Counted from the first letter of the stretch, positions 22,301 to 31,709 are shown. The stretch: DNA of 64,000 nucleotides from an uncultured Acidobacteriaceae bacterium (GCA_963751225.1 CAVVTY010000022.1:1570-65569), one strand, 5' to 3'. Notes: a model not told the origin generated them from the sequence alone. Numbers and translations: made by a program.

Positions 22301-22332
22301 AAAGAAAAGAGGCTCCAAAAATGCGGAGCCTC
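22301..22332 (-). terminator. Intrinsic terminator between protease and scaffold genes
   Basis: Minus strand gaggctcc-gcattttt-ggagcctc followed by ttttcttt. Confidence 0.7.
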
Positions 22333-22372
22333 ATCTGCTGATCTGACGACTTGCTTTTGCCCTGCTGTATTT

Positions 22373-22900
22373 CTAACTCGCCATCCTGAAACTGGTTAAG
22401 CGATACGCCGCCTTTTCCCGCAGCAGAATCGCGGCACCGGTGAAGGTGACCCGCGTCAGCTTCCACAGGTCGGCTCGCATGTCTTCCACGCGCGCGTCGG
22501 CCAGTTCGTAACTCATGCCGAGCGAATCAGGCTCCTGTGCCGCGATGGCCTCGGCCACCTCTGGAAAATCCCGTGCGTAGAGATAGCCCCGCACCATCAA
22601 CCTGTTTCCAACCAGGCTGGCTTCGGTCAACAGGCCGATCTTGCGCCGCGCGTCGTGCCCGTCCCATCCCGGACGATAGTCAACCGCCATCCCAAGAAGC
22701 GAAGGCAGTGCTTTTTCCGCCGCCTCGTGCATCAGGATCACCCGATGCCCGCGCGCGCCGGCCGGCGCTTTGTCGCTTGCGGTGTTGACCACCGTCAACA
22801 CTCCCTCAAACCCCACCCGGTTGGGGTGCCCTTCCACGTGAGGAATCCTCACCGCCATCGCTTCCAGTCGCATGTAACTCTCCGCAATCTCTTGGTTCAC
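22373..22900 (-). CDS. Putative prohead maturation protease
   Basis: HDARRKIG, LMVRGYLY, LGMSYE, FTGAAIL pattern of phage prohead serine proteases; overlaps the portal stop. Confidence 0.7.
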   Translation of the reverse strand: MNQEIAESYMRLEAMAVRIPHVEGHPNRVGFEGVLTVVNTASDKAPAGARGHRVILMHEAAEKALPSLLGMAVDYRPGWDGHDARRKIGLLTEASLVGNRLMVRGYLYARDFPEVAEAIAAQEPDSLGMSYELADARVEDMRADLWKLTRVTFTGAAILLREKAAYRLTSFRMAS

Positions 22901-24177
22901 TTCGCCGCGACGCCTGCTTCAGCAGACAACTGGTCTGCGCCTTCGTGCGTGAGCGGCCCCAGCCCGCGCATGGCGCGCACTTCATTCACGGTCAACACAC
23001 CGGCCTGGAGCAGTTGCACCTGCACCGCCAGCTCCGTTTGCTCGTCGCGCGCGTTCAGATCGTTAAAGACAAACTCGAACTCGCGCCAGCCGATGCACTT
23101 CGCGAAGAGATCGCGCGTGAAGTGCCCTGCCAGCAACTGCGCAAGCGGTAGAATCGCCCCGCGAAATGCTTCGTCGGCAAGCTCCACTGCGGTTGAGCGG
23201 TTCACGTCGCCTTCCAGTCCGAGCAGCATCGGCGGCAATCCAAATGCATTGGCGACCATGCGGATCAGAAATGCCTGCCAGGCCAGCCGCAGATCCGCAT
23301 CCGTCCCCTGCGCGAATCGCAGCACCTCGGGCTTCTGTTCGGTCGAGAGCAGCGGCACGCGGCCCGTGCCCTCAATCTCGTCCTGCCACCAGCGGATCAG
23401 GCGATCGTGCTGGGCAGGCGTTGCCTCGTTGAGCCACAGTGCATATTGCGCCACCGAGTTCGCCGCCAGCTTGCCCGCGAACCGGTGCGCGCTCAGGAAT
23501 TGATTGACGGTTTCGAATGCAACCTCAAGCGGACCCAGCCCGAAGGGCGTAAAGCTCCGCGGATTCATGCGCACATACATTAACTGGTTGTCGCAGAGTT
23601 CCACGGCGCTGGACTCAAGCTGCCCGGTCGCGGCCTGCGCATAGCGCGGCGAGTCGGGTTGACCATCCCAGCGGGGATGAATGCGGATGGATGCGCCATC
23701 GACGGCCCACAGCATCGCGGGACGATCCGCGTCACCGGTCAATTCCATCTCCATCGCGCCGTATCCGCCGGTCAGGGCATCCTCGATGACCTGTTCGATC
23801 AGCGTGCGAAAACTGTCCGTGGCATTTGGCTCTTCCAACACACGCCGCAGGGCGCGCAGCTTGTTCCCCGTATCGGTCACATCGCATGGCCGGACGCCAC
23901 GTCGCACCCGCACCTGCCAGTCCATCGCGGCAATGCGGTCTTTGATCAGGTTGATGGCGCGCCGAACCACCGGCGTCTCTGCAAACCGGCGGAGATTCGT
24001 CGGCGTCGGCTTGGGCATGATCTGCCCTGGAAAGTGAGCAGGGCTCAGAACGGACGGCAGTGCGAGCGTCTTTCGTTCGGTATCGGCCGATATTTCCACC
24101 CCTTCGCTTCGTTTGGAATGTCCCGCCCGGCGGCCTGTCTGCCGCCAGATCTCCCGCAATTGGTCTCTTACCTTCAC
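22897..24177 (-). CDS. Phage portal protein
   Basis: PVVRRAINLIKDRIAAMDW, DALTGGYG, GLGPLE, VANAFGLPPMLLG, GVLTVNEVRAMRGLGP. Confidence 0.93.
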   Translation of the reverse strand: MKVRDQLREIWRQTGRRAGHSKRSEGVEISADTERKTLALPSVLSPAHFPGQIMPKPTPTNLRRFAETPVVRRAINLIKDRIAAMDWQVRVRRGVRPCDVTDTGNKLRALRRVLEEPNATDSFRTLIEQVIEDALTGGYGAMEMELTGDADRPAMLWAVDGASIRIHPRWDGQPDSPRYAQAATGQLESSAVELCDNQLMYVRMNPRSFTPFGLGPLEVAFETVNQFLSAHRFAGKLAANSVAQYALWLNEATPAQHDRLIRWWQDEIEGTGRVPLLSTEQKPEVLRFAQGTDADLRLAWQAFLIRMVANAFGLPPMLLGLEGDVNRSTAVELADEAFRGAILPLAQLLAGHFTRDLFAKCIGWREFEFVFNDLNARDEQTELAVQVQLLQAGVLTVNEVRAMRGLGPLTHEGADQLSAEAGVAAK

Positions 24178-24191
24178 GCGCACCTTCCTCT

Positions 24192-24237
24192 GCAAAAACA
24201 AAAGCGCAGCCTGACCAGGCTGCGCTTTTGTTTTTGC
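24192..24237. terminator. Perfect 21-bp inverted repeat, bidirectional terminator-like, immediately upstream of the portal RBS
   Basis: gcaaaaacaaaagcgcagcct-gacc-aggctgcgcttttgtttttgc. Confidence 0.8.
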
Positions 24238-24387
24238 TCTTAGCTCTCAGCTTTCTGCTGTTAGCCGCTTGCTACCAATCGATCAAACTCACTTACAAAA
24301 TCGATCCTACCGCATTCACCGGAAACTATCTGCAAACTCCATGCAGATTTTTTAACAGTCCAGAGCTGGAAAGCTGAAAGCTGTTTC

Positions 24388-25237
24388 TCACACCCTCAAC
24401 TCACGCCGCGCAGTATCCGCTACGCGTTCCATGTCCGCAGTGGTTAGCACGCGAATCTGGTGTTCCTCCATTGTCTCTACCCCGAACCGATACATCTCCA
24501 GCCTCTCCGGTTCTTCCTCTGTTGCGCCCAGCTTTGCAGCCGGCTCGATTATGGCAGTCAACTCGAGTGCAGCCTTCTCCACGCGCTCCACACCGGCGCG
24601 CAGACTTGCCGAAGTAGAACGAGAGCACTTTGGCCATCTCCACGCCGGGCTCCAGGCTTACCGCGTGAAACATGCGAATGACCCCGTTGGGCCTGTACCC
24701 CACGTCGATGCGCAGCGGATCCCCGGGCCGCGTGTACTCCGATGCCGCAATGCGCTTGCGCAACAGATCCCAGACGCCCGCGCGCTCAAACTCCGTGCGC
24801 ATCCTTGCTTGAATGGCAGCCCGGCCGCTCAATCGCGCTGTGCGTTCCCGACGTGGAGGATCGACGTAGATCCGCATCAGCTCTTCCATTCCCGCGGGGA
24901 CACTTTCCGCCAGGTACGCCTTGGGCGGAGTTATCTGGACGTTCAGCGAAAGCGATTCATCAAGCAACTTCATCAGTCTGTCATCCGGCTGCTGCTCGAG
25001 CCGCCGTCGCAACTCGCTCTCCATTCCTTCGAGAAGCGCGGTGTCCGCATCCGGATCAAGGCAGCGAACGCGGCGCCAGTCGTGCGTGAACTGGACTCGA
25101 GCGTGAGCCGTTTCTGCACCCGCCCCGGCCGGCTCGCGCAGGATCACGCCGATGTGAACATACTCGTTCCGCACCGCGTCCGGCACGTACCGCAACAGTT
25201 GAAACTCGCATGCAAGCCGCCCGTTTTCATCCTTCAT
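24388..25237 (-). CDS. DUF3037 domain protein (frameshift near 24615)
   Basis: N-terminal FQLLRYVPDAVRNEYVHIGVIL signature; follows the HipA-like kinase. Confidence 0.8.
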
Positions 25238-25256
25238 CTCCGGCGCTGCCGCCCTC

Positions 25257-26129
25257 CTACATCACTCTTCCGGCGATGTTAGTACTCCACCGCGCGTCCT
25301 TCCAGTACTCTTCCGTGTCTTGCGTTCCGTTCATGCCCCATTTGGGAAAGGGCTTGCGGTCCGACTTCCCGAAAGCTTCAATCAGTTCCCGAATCCGGCT
25401 GCGACGCGCCAGCAGCTTCTCCACCAGCGCCTCCATTTCGCTCAGGTCGCCACCGTACCACTCCGGGGGAACCTCGTTCGCCGCCGCCCACACCGTCTCG
25501 GCAGGCATTGCCTCCAAGCGCGACAACCAGGGCCCAAATGACTCCCATCCAGTAATCGACCCGTAGACATCGTTGCGGTAGTACACGCCGCGCAACGGCG
25601 CATCTTCAAACTTCCAGTCGCCGGCGTGAAAGCAGTACCCGTAATCGATGAAGACCGCGCGATAGCGACGCTCGCGCCCCTTGCGCGCAAACACAGCCTG
25701 GCGTCCATTCGCATTGCCGGTCCACTTGTCCAGCGCGAGGATGCCGGCAAACTCGTCAAGATTCTTCACCTCGGCCAGTTGCTCTTCCGGCAGGAAGTCC
25801 ACCACGTGCCCCGGCATGAGGCCGCCCACAAACCTCGATCCGAACTGAAGGCCATGCTTGCATCGCACGCGCGTGCGTCCCAGATCCATCTCGAGTTCGG
25901 GAGTGTTCTCCACCAGCCAACTCGAGACTTCGATCAGTTCCACCTCCGGAGCCGTGAGGCCGGCCGCCAGCGCAAGCTTCGACGCCAGGAACTCGTTGGC
26001 CAGAACGCGCATGTGCTGCGGGTTGTTCTGGAATTTGACGACGTAAGCATGGCCGTCCGCGCCCAGCATCAACTGGCCCTGTGCACCGCCCCGCATGCGC
26101 CGGATATGCTGCACCGCCAGAACCGCCAA
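25257..26129 (-). CDS. HipA-like (HipA_2) Ser/Thr kinase-fold protein
   Basis: MRGGAQ glycine loop, YVVKF, LANEFLA, DKWTGN, FIDYGYCF. Confidence 0.85.
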   Translation of the reverse strand: MAVLAVQHIRRMRGGAQGQLMLGADGHAYVVKFQNNPQHMRVLANEFLASKLALAAGLTAPEVELIEVSSWLVENTPELEMDLGRTRVRCKHGLQFGSRFVGGLMPGHVVDFLPEEQLAEVKNLDEFAGILALDKWTGNANGRQAVFARKGRERRYRAVFIDYGYCFHAGDWKFEDAPLRGVYYRNDVYGSITGWESFGPWLSRLEAMPAETVWAAANEVPPEWYGGDLSEMEALVEKLLARRSRIRELIEAFGKSDRKPFPKWGMNGTQDTEEYWKDARWSTNIAGRVM

Positions 26130-26281
26130 GCCCGTGTCCCCGATCTGTGTGAATTCCTGTGTAGATTCTAAGCTGCAGAGACAGCTTTTTGCTCCTGACT
26201 CATAGGTATCAGCTCCATCCTGCCCATTGAGGCTTTTCCCATCGTGCCAAGAGCTGGAGACCAGAAGCCAGAAGCTGGAAG

Positions 26282-27823
26282 CTAGCGGCTAGAAGCTGTC
26301 TTTCTCAGGCTCCCGCTCTCCACCAGCTCTGCCCTCGCCGCCAGTCCGATCGCCGTCGCCATCACGCAATCGTCATGCGTGCCCGCACGCGCACCGCTGC
26401 TTCCATCCGGAAGGCGCACAAAGCTCCTGCATTCGCTCAGCAGCCGCCTGCTCATGAAACGGTCAGGATGGTCCACCAGGGCCGCACCCAACCGGCCCAG
26501 CACGGCGGGTCTGCTCACGGAAGTCGTCAGCCAGCCGGCCTGGCCGCAATGCCTGTAGATCCGCGTGTACTGACAAACCGTTTCTGCAAGTGCCAGCACT
26601 CCGCTGCCGTGATTGTTGCGTTCCACAACGAGCCATGCGTTGTTGTACTCGGCGGCCAGCGCCGTGACCACCCGGGCAAGTTCCAGCCCGCCCACATGCC
26701 CGGCAAACTCTGCGCACTGCATGCCGGTTTCCAGGTCCAGCACCTCGGCGGCCGAGTAGTCGCCTTCGCTGCCGCCGCCAGCCGGGTCCACAGCAACCAC
26801 GTAGTCCCTGCTGGTTTGCGGCGGGAGCCATATCCGGAGCTCTCCATTGCGTCGCTGTTCCGGCGCATCCGGCGCAGCCACCAGACGCTCCTCGATCGCC
26901 GCGAGTTCAAAGACGGAATCCCCGCTCGCAATGAAGCAGCTCGCAGCGTCTTCGGCATACTCCTGCCGCGCCAGCCCTCGAAAGTCCGCGCGCACCTGCC
27001 GCCGAAATCCGATCTGGCTCAGATCCAGACCGCAGCGTGCCATCAATTCGCGCTCTTCGTCGCTCAGGCTTGACCTCTTCACGGCCTTTGCACGATAGCG
27101 CTGCTCCATCCACCACGGAAAGAAATGCCGCACCATGCCGGTCTCATCGGCCTTCTGCCACTCCTCGTGAAAGCATCCTCCAACGCCGTCCGGCGTAGAC
27201 TCGAGGATGACCTCTCCGCCCGGCGCCAATGCCGCGCGGAGACCGGCCAGGATCTCCGCCGGGTACCCGGGCCAGCGCGCCAGCTCTGAGCAATGCAGAT
27301 TCTGCACAGTCAATCCGCGTCCTGCATTCTTCTCTCCCGCTGAAACCACGCGGTATTGCGAGTCCAGCTCCGGAAACACAATCTGCCGAGCATTCGCTCT
27401 TGAGGTCTTCAGGAACCCTCGCTGCAGACTCTCCGGCAGCCACTCCACGAACCGGTGCACGATCCGGAAGATCTCCTCGGCTGACTCCTGCGTGTGTGCT
27501 ACCTGCAGCGTCAGCGTGCCGGGACGGGTGATGGTCTTCAGAAAGAATCGCGCGGCAGCCCAGGTCGTCAGTCCCATCTGCCTCGCCTTGAGTACAATGT
27601 TCTTCTCGCCGCGCTGCGCCTCGAAGGCCCTCTGCACTTCGTTGGCTTGCAGAGGCTTCGTCGATCCGGCGCGCGTCCTCACCTTCAGCAGTCGTGTGGA
27701 GAGCATCATGCACACGGAATCTCCGTGCAAGCTGGTCGGACGCACGTCCAGAATTCTCCCGTATCGGATCAATTCGTTTTCATCCGGAATCTCGGGAAGA
27801 ACAGACTTCTGTCTTGTGGCCAT
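26282..27823 (-). CDS. Terminase large subunit
   Basis: Walker A VLKARQMGLT, Walker B LHCSE, coupling motif LESTP, nuclease VAVDPAGG and HDDCVMA. Confidence 0.93.
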   Translation of the reverse strand: MATRQKSVLPEIPDENELIRYGRILDVRPTSLHGDSVCMMLSTRLLKVRTRAGSTKPLQANEVQRAFEAQRGEKNIVLKARQMGLTTWAAARFFLKTITRPGTLTLQVAHTQESAEEIFRIVHRFVEWLPESLQRGFLKTSRANARQIVFPELDSQYRVVSAGEKNAGRGLTVQNLHCSELARWPGYPAEILAGLRAALAPGGEVILESTPDGVGGCFHEEWQKADETGMVRHFFPWWMEQRYRAKAVKRSSLSDEERELMARCGLDLSQIGFRRQVRADFRGLARQEYAEDAASCFIASGDSVFELAAIEERLVAAPDAPEQRRNGELRIWLPPQTSRDYVVAVDPAGGGSEGDYSAAEVLDLETGMQCAEFAGHVGGLELARVVTALAAEYNNAWLVVERNNHGSGVLALAETVCQYTRIYRHCGQAGWLTTSVSRPAVLGRLGAALVDHPDRFMSRRLLSECRSFVRLPDGSSGARAGTHDDCVMATAIGLAARAELVESGSLRKTASSR

Positions 27824-27852
27824 GGCCGCTGCCTCTGCCGATCTGCCAGCCA

Positions 27853-30800
27853 CTACTGGATGACGCGCACGTTGTAGACGCTCGCAGCCGGAGTGCCCCC
27901 TGCCGCAAGATTTGTGCAGACCTTCACCGTCGCGATGCCGGTCGCGCTCACATACGCCTTCCAGTCAAACGCATCGCCTGGATAAGTAGCGGGCGTTGCC
28001 ACAACTGCCATGCTATTTGTCACTCCGGCAATGCTCACGGTTCCGCTGGCACACTGTCCTGCAGCGAGTGCCGAGCTGCCGATGCTGCTGGTTGTTCCTC
28101 GCAACGCTGAAGAAGAGCAAGCACTAAGGGTCCCTGCCGCGTCAATGCAAACCACCCCCGCCGTGCCAACGCCTAAAATGTTCGGCATCGTTACGGACCA
28201 GCCACCACCATTACGTAAAACCAAATTGTTTTGACCGCATCCATTTGCGCCGATATACAAATGGTCGTCGGTATATAGGTCTACCAGCGAACAGGAAAGA
28301 TGGGACGAGCTAAAACTTCCAAGAGCCGCCCCGTTCGGAATGGTGAAGCCCGCCGCACTCACAGCCCCGGTGACATTTAACCCGTTCGAGCCGTCAGGAG
28401 TCACGCCGGGAAAGAGCGCGTCAACATAGTGCTTTGTCGCTGCTTGGAGGTTTGAAGTAGGGTCCGAGGGGAGGACAACAGGATTCGTAAATAAGTTTGA
28501 TCCCGTCCATGTATTTGTCCCACTAAGGGAGACACCTGCACTCCATGTCGGAGTCGCACCCTGCCCTGCCGAGGTAAGGTATTTCCCTGTAATTCCTGCG
28601 TCACCGTTCAAGTAGATCGGGGAGGTCGCGTCACCCAAATGCAACGGACCAGTTGATAGCGTGTTCGGATTGACATAAAGGTCTGTTGGGTCAGGATAGT
28701 ATTCAATCGTGATGACTACCGTTTGACCGGCAGGCATGGTCGCGTCCGTGAAGTAACTGACGTGCCTTCCTTGTAGATTGCCGCCGTTGAACTCTCCAGC
28801 GTCGAGGCTAAGCAGCATAGACCTTCCATTGTGAAGGTCTACCGTTTGACCCCCGACAAGGATGGGGGCAATGTCCTGCCCCTGTGAGGAGCCATTGAAG
28901 AAATAGAAAGCCCCAATGCCGGTTAGGCCGATATTGCTCGAAACGTAGACGCTGACCGACTTGTAAATTCCGCTAGGAAGATTGAACCCAGCCCCGCCAG
29001 TCGCGCCGGTATTGGAAAGTAGAGGTTGAACGATGGTCACTTGTTTGGTTTCGCTATAAATCTTCCCGTTCCACCCTATCTTTCCGTGGTGGTAATGCAT
29101 GTCGTACCAGCCAACGTTGGCGCCAAGAAGCACGTCCTCCATGTCTAACTCGGACGTATCCGCAAGATAGAGTGGTTGGTTTGTGTGCTGCGCGTTGTAG
29201 GAATAGCCTTTCAAGCTGTTGTTGATAGAGTTGCCGTGGATAGAGAGAGACGCACCCGCAGCCATGGTCGAACTTGACCAGGACAGATTCTCAAAGTGCC
29301 ACCCACGGTTCTGCGACTCCAGTTCTATCAATGGACCCGCGCAGTCGTCGCAAATAAGATTGCGTGCGATGACATCGTGTGAGCCCCACCCCGAGAGCAA
29401 CCCACCCGCGACTTTGGCGTGGATGTTGTCAATCACAACACCTTCTGAATTGTCGATGCCGAGCAGCAGATGATTAACGCGGTGTCCCACAATGTCATGG
29501 ATGTAAACATTGCGCGTCACCGTCGTCTGTATGCCAACGTCCGCTGTGCCAACGTAATCGAACCCGCAACCGGAGATTTCGACATTTTCCGCGATGCTGG
29601 AGAGAGTGTTTAGTGTGCTTGTATGGTTTGTCGGAGCCGCCACCGCCTCCGGCAGAGGCTTCGCAAGCGTGACGACGTTTCCAGCGATACCGATGATTCT
29701 GTTGAACTGCGCTAGATAATGCTGACCGGGGTCGTATGGGTCTTGACCCAGCCACATAAAGACCTCTTGTCCAACGGACAAGCCGGTCACAGAGGAAGGC
29801 GTAAATTGCGTCTGACCAGCCGTGAAAGCGCCAGCAATGGGAAACGACAAAGCCGCCTGAGAGTCAACTACGATCGTGTCCCAGCCGGAAGAGTCCCAGT
29901 TTGGATTCGTGTTTTGTACCGTGTGATCCGCCACCAAAACAGCGTTGGCACTCTGACAGACCAGCTTCATTGAGCCATGAATTTCCAACTCTTCTGAGAG
30001 ATGATAGCGCCCGTTCGGGACGTAGCACGTCATGCTGCCAGAGGCTTGCGCGTCATTGATGCAGGCCTGAAAAGCAGTAAAGTTGCTGACAGAGTTTGCC
30101 GAGGAGTCGTTGCCCACCGCTCCATAGGCTTTAACAGAAACCTGTGCCCCGCCAAGATTCGCCAGTGTCGTAACCGCCGTTCCCGCACCGGAGAAAGCGA
30201 CCGGCCCAGTAAGGGTTCCGCCAGTTAATGGCATTCCCCCCAAATTCGCAATTGCGGCTCCCGCAGTTGCTGCACCAGTGCCGCCCGCGGTTACGGGCAC
30301 GGCACTGATGCCGGTGATCGCTGTGCCGCTGCCAGAGTAATATGCGATCTCGCCGGAGTTGCCGCTGTTGACGGTGCCGCTGCTGCAGGGTAAGCCCGTG
30401 TTGCTCATGTAGCCGGAGCCGTCAATCTGCAGACAGTTGTGTCCGTTGGTCGCGGAAAGGCCGGGAAGTGTGATGGAAGCAGGGCCGGAGAGGCTCGCAA
30501 CGACTTTGCCGTTGCTCTGGAGTGACAGCGGTCCGCTCAATGTGCCGCCGGTTAACGGCAATGATTGCGCGAAGGCCGCGTCGACATAGTGCTTATCGGC
30601 AGCCTGCAAGGCCAGCGATGGATCCCCGTTGAGATAGAGCGGTCCGGTCAATGCCCCCCCCGTCGACGTCAAAGCGCCCTGGTTGATCGATTGGATCGCC
30701 TGATCGACATACGCTTTGCTCACCGCCTGCACCGCCTGGACCGCCGGCATCACCTGTGCGCGCACCTGCGCGATGCGCGCCTGCTCTCCTGGAGGAACCA

Positions 30801-31152
30801 CCCAGTACTCCGTGCTCGTTGTGCCGTCGCTCATGTGATACACGGCCGTGTAGTAGAGGCCTGCGGGCGTCGATCCCAGATTGGGGGCCAGGTTTACGCT
30901 GACGCTTCCGTTCTGCCCGATCGTGACCGACGTGTGGCCCGCCGTGATGGCGTGATTGTCCGCTGTCGTGAATGCCGGCCAGCTCAGCTGGAGGCTTCCC
31001 GACCCGGGTGCACCATTCGCCAGGTAAACCGTCCCATTGACCGACGTTGTGTCCACCGCTTGAGCACAGGCGATCCAGGATGACGCCATCGCAGTCAGGC
31101 CTATTCCAATCCACTTTGCGGCGCGAACCCACAATTCCCACTGGAGCTTCAT
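27853..31152 (-). CDS. Tailspike/fibre-like protein with pectate-lyase-like beta-helix and an N-terminal signal-peptide-like segment
   Basis: 1099 aa; repeated KxYVD and PLTGGTLxGP fibre motifs; VKAYGAVGND...AFQACIN...YVPNGRY beta-helix cap. Confidence 0.7.
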   Translation of the reverse strand: MKLQWELWVRAAKWIGIGLTAMASSWIACAQAVDTTSVNGTVYLANGAPGSGSLQLSWPAFTTADNHAITAGHTSVTIGQNGSVSVNLAPNLGSTPAGLYYTAVYHMSDGTTSTEYWVVPPGEQARIAQVRAQVMPAVQAVQAVSKAYVDQAIQSINQGALTSTGGALTGPLYLNGDPSLALQAADKHYVDAAFAQSLPLTGGTLSGPLSLQSNGKVVASLSGPASITLPGLSATNGHNCLQIDGSGYMSNTGLPCSSGTVNSGNSGEIAYYSGSGTAITGISAVPVTAGGTGAATAGAAIANLGGMPLTGGTLTGPVAFSGAGTAVTTLANLGGAQVSVKAYGAVGNDSSANSVSNFTAFQACINDAQASGSMTCYVPNGRYHLSEELEIHGSMKLVCQSANAVLVADHTVQNTNPNWDSSGWDTIVVDSQAALSFPIAGAFTAGQTQFTPSSVTGLSVGQEVFMWLGQDPYDPGQHYLAQFNRIIGIAGNVVTLAKPLPEAVAAPTNHTSTLNTLSSIAENVEISGCGFDYVGTADVGIQTTVTRNVYIHDIVGHRVNHLLLGIDNSEGVVIDNIHAKVAGGLLSGWGSHDVIARNLICDDCAGPLIELESQNRGWHFENLSWSSSTMAAGASLSIHGNSINNSLKGYSYNAQHTNQPLYLADTSELDMEDVLLGANVGWYDMHYHHGKIGWNGKIYSETKQVTIVQPLLSNTGATGGAGFNLPSGIYKSVSVYVSSNIGLTGIGAFYFFNGSSQGQDIAPILVGGQTVDLHNGRSMLLSLDAGEFNGGNLQGRHVSYFTDATMPAGQTVVITIEYYPDPTDLYVNPNTLSTGPLHLGDATSPIYLNGDAGITGKYLTSAGQGATPTWSAGVSLSGTNTWTGSNLFTNPVVLPSDPTSNLQAATKHYVDALFPGVTPDGSNGLNVTGAVSAAGFTIPNGAALGSFSSSHLSCSLVDLYTDDHLYIGANGCGQNNLVLRNGGGWSVTMPNILGVGTAGVVCIDAAGTLSACSSSALRGTTSSIGSSALAAGQCASGTVSIAGVTNSMAVVATPATYPGDAFDWKAYVSATGIATVKVCTNLAAGGTPAASVYNVRVIQ

Positions 31153-31298
31153 GTTTGTCTCATCCTTTTGTTTACGATGTCCCTTTGGACATGCATCAAG
31201 CTCGCGCGGATCCGTTCCGTCCCCTTCGCACGGGCTTCAGTTCTTTCCCACTTTTCATCTCTTTTGACGCGGGCAACTTCGAGGGTTGGTAGGGACCG

Positions 31299-31709
31299 CT
31301 AAGAATCTTCCTCATCCTCCGATTCCGGAGTGCCGTTCGTCTCCGCATCCGCCATCTCCGGACGCCAGGGTGGCTCTGCCGCCAGTTCCAGAGCCATGCT
31401 CCGGCGTCCGCATAGACTCTCTTCATTATTCGTTGAATCGCCAGCCACATCGAACAGAAATCGGATTCCCTTCAATTCCTCTTCGGCGAAGCCGTCCAAC
31501 GCGGACTCCACGATCGAATCGCTTCGCTTTGTCAGTTCATTGGCCGCGGACTTCCCCAGCTTTGCCTTTCCAACAGCCTTCTTGCGACTTCTGTTTCTTG
31601 GATTCACTTGTTTGCCCTGGACTTGGAGTATTTTTCTACTTGATCCGGTTGCGGTTCGCACAGGCGTACAAAACAAACGGGAGAGCTTCACGCGCTCTCC
31701 CCGGTTCAC
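31299..31709 (-). CDS. Hypothetical protein, candidate terminase small subunit
   Basis: ~136 aa, basic N-terminus, helical core, acidic tail; first gene of the cluster; assignment rests on position and size only. Confidence 0.4.
   Translation of the reverse strand: MNRGERVKLSRLFCTPVRTATGSSRKILQVQGKQVNPRNRSRKKAVGKAKLGKSAANELTKRSDSIVESALDGFAEEELKGIRFLFDVAGDSTNNEESLCGRRSMALELAAEPPWRPEMADAETNGTPESEDEEDS

Larger units (their letters stand above)
15110..31709 (-). other. Phage-structural gene cluster without integrase/replication genes (GTA-like or domesticated prophage)
   Basis: Co-oriented terminase, portal, protease, scaffold, capsid, neck/tail genes between purE and an asparaginase gene. Confidence 0.8.

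Noticed and set aside
15110-31709. Intact inducible prophage
   Set aside because: No integrase, repressor, replication genes, att duplication or endolysin seen between the flanking housekeeping genes
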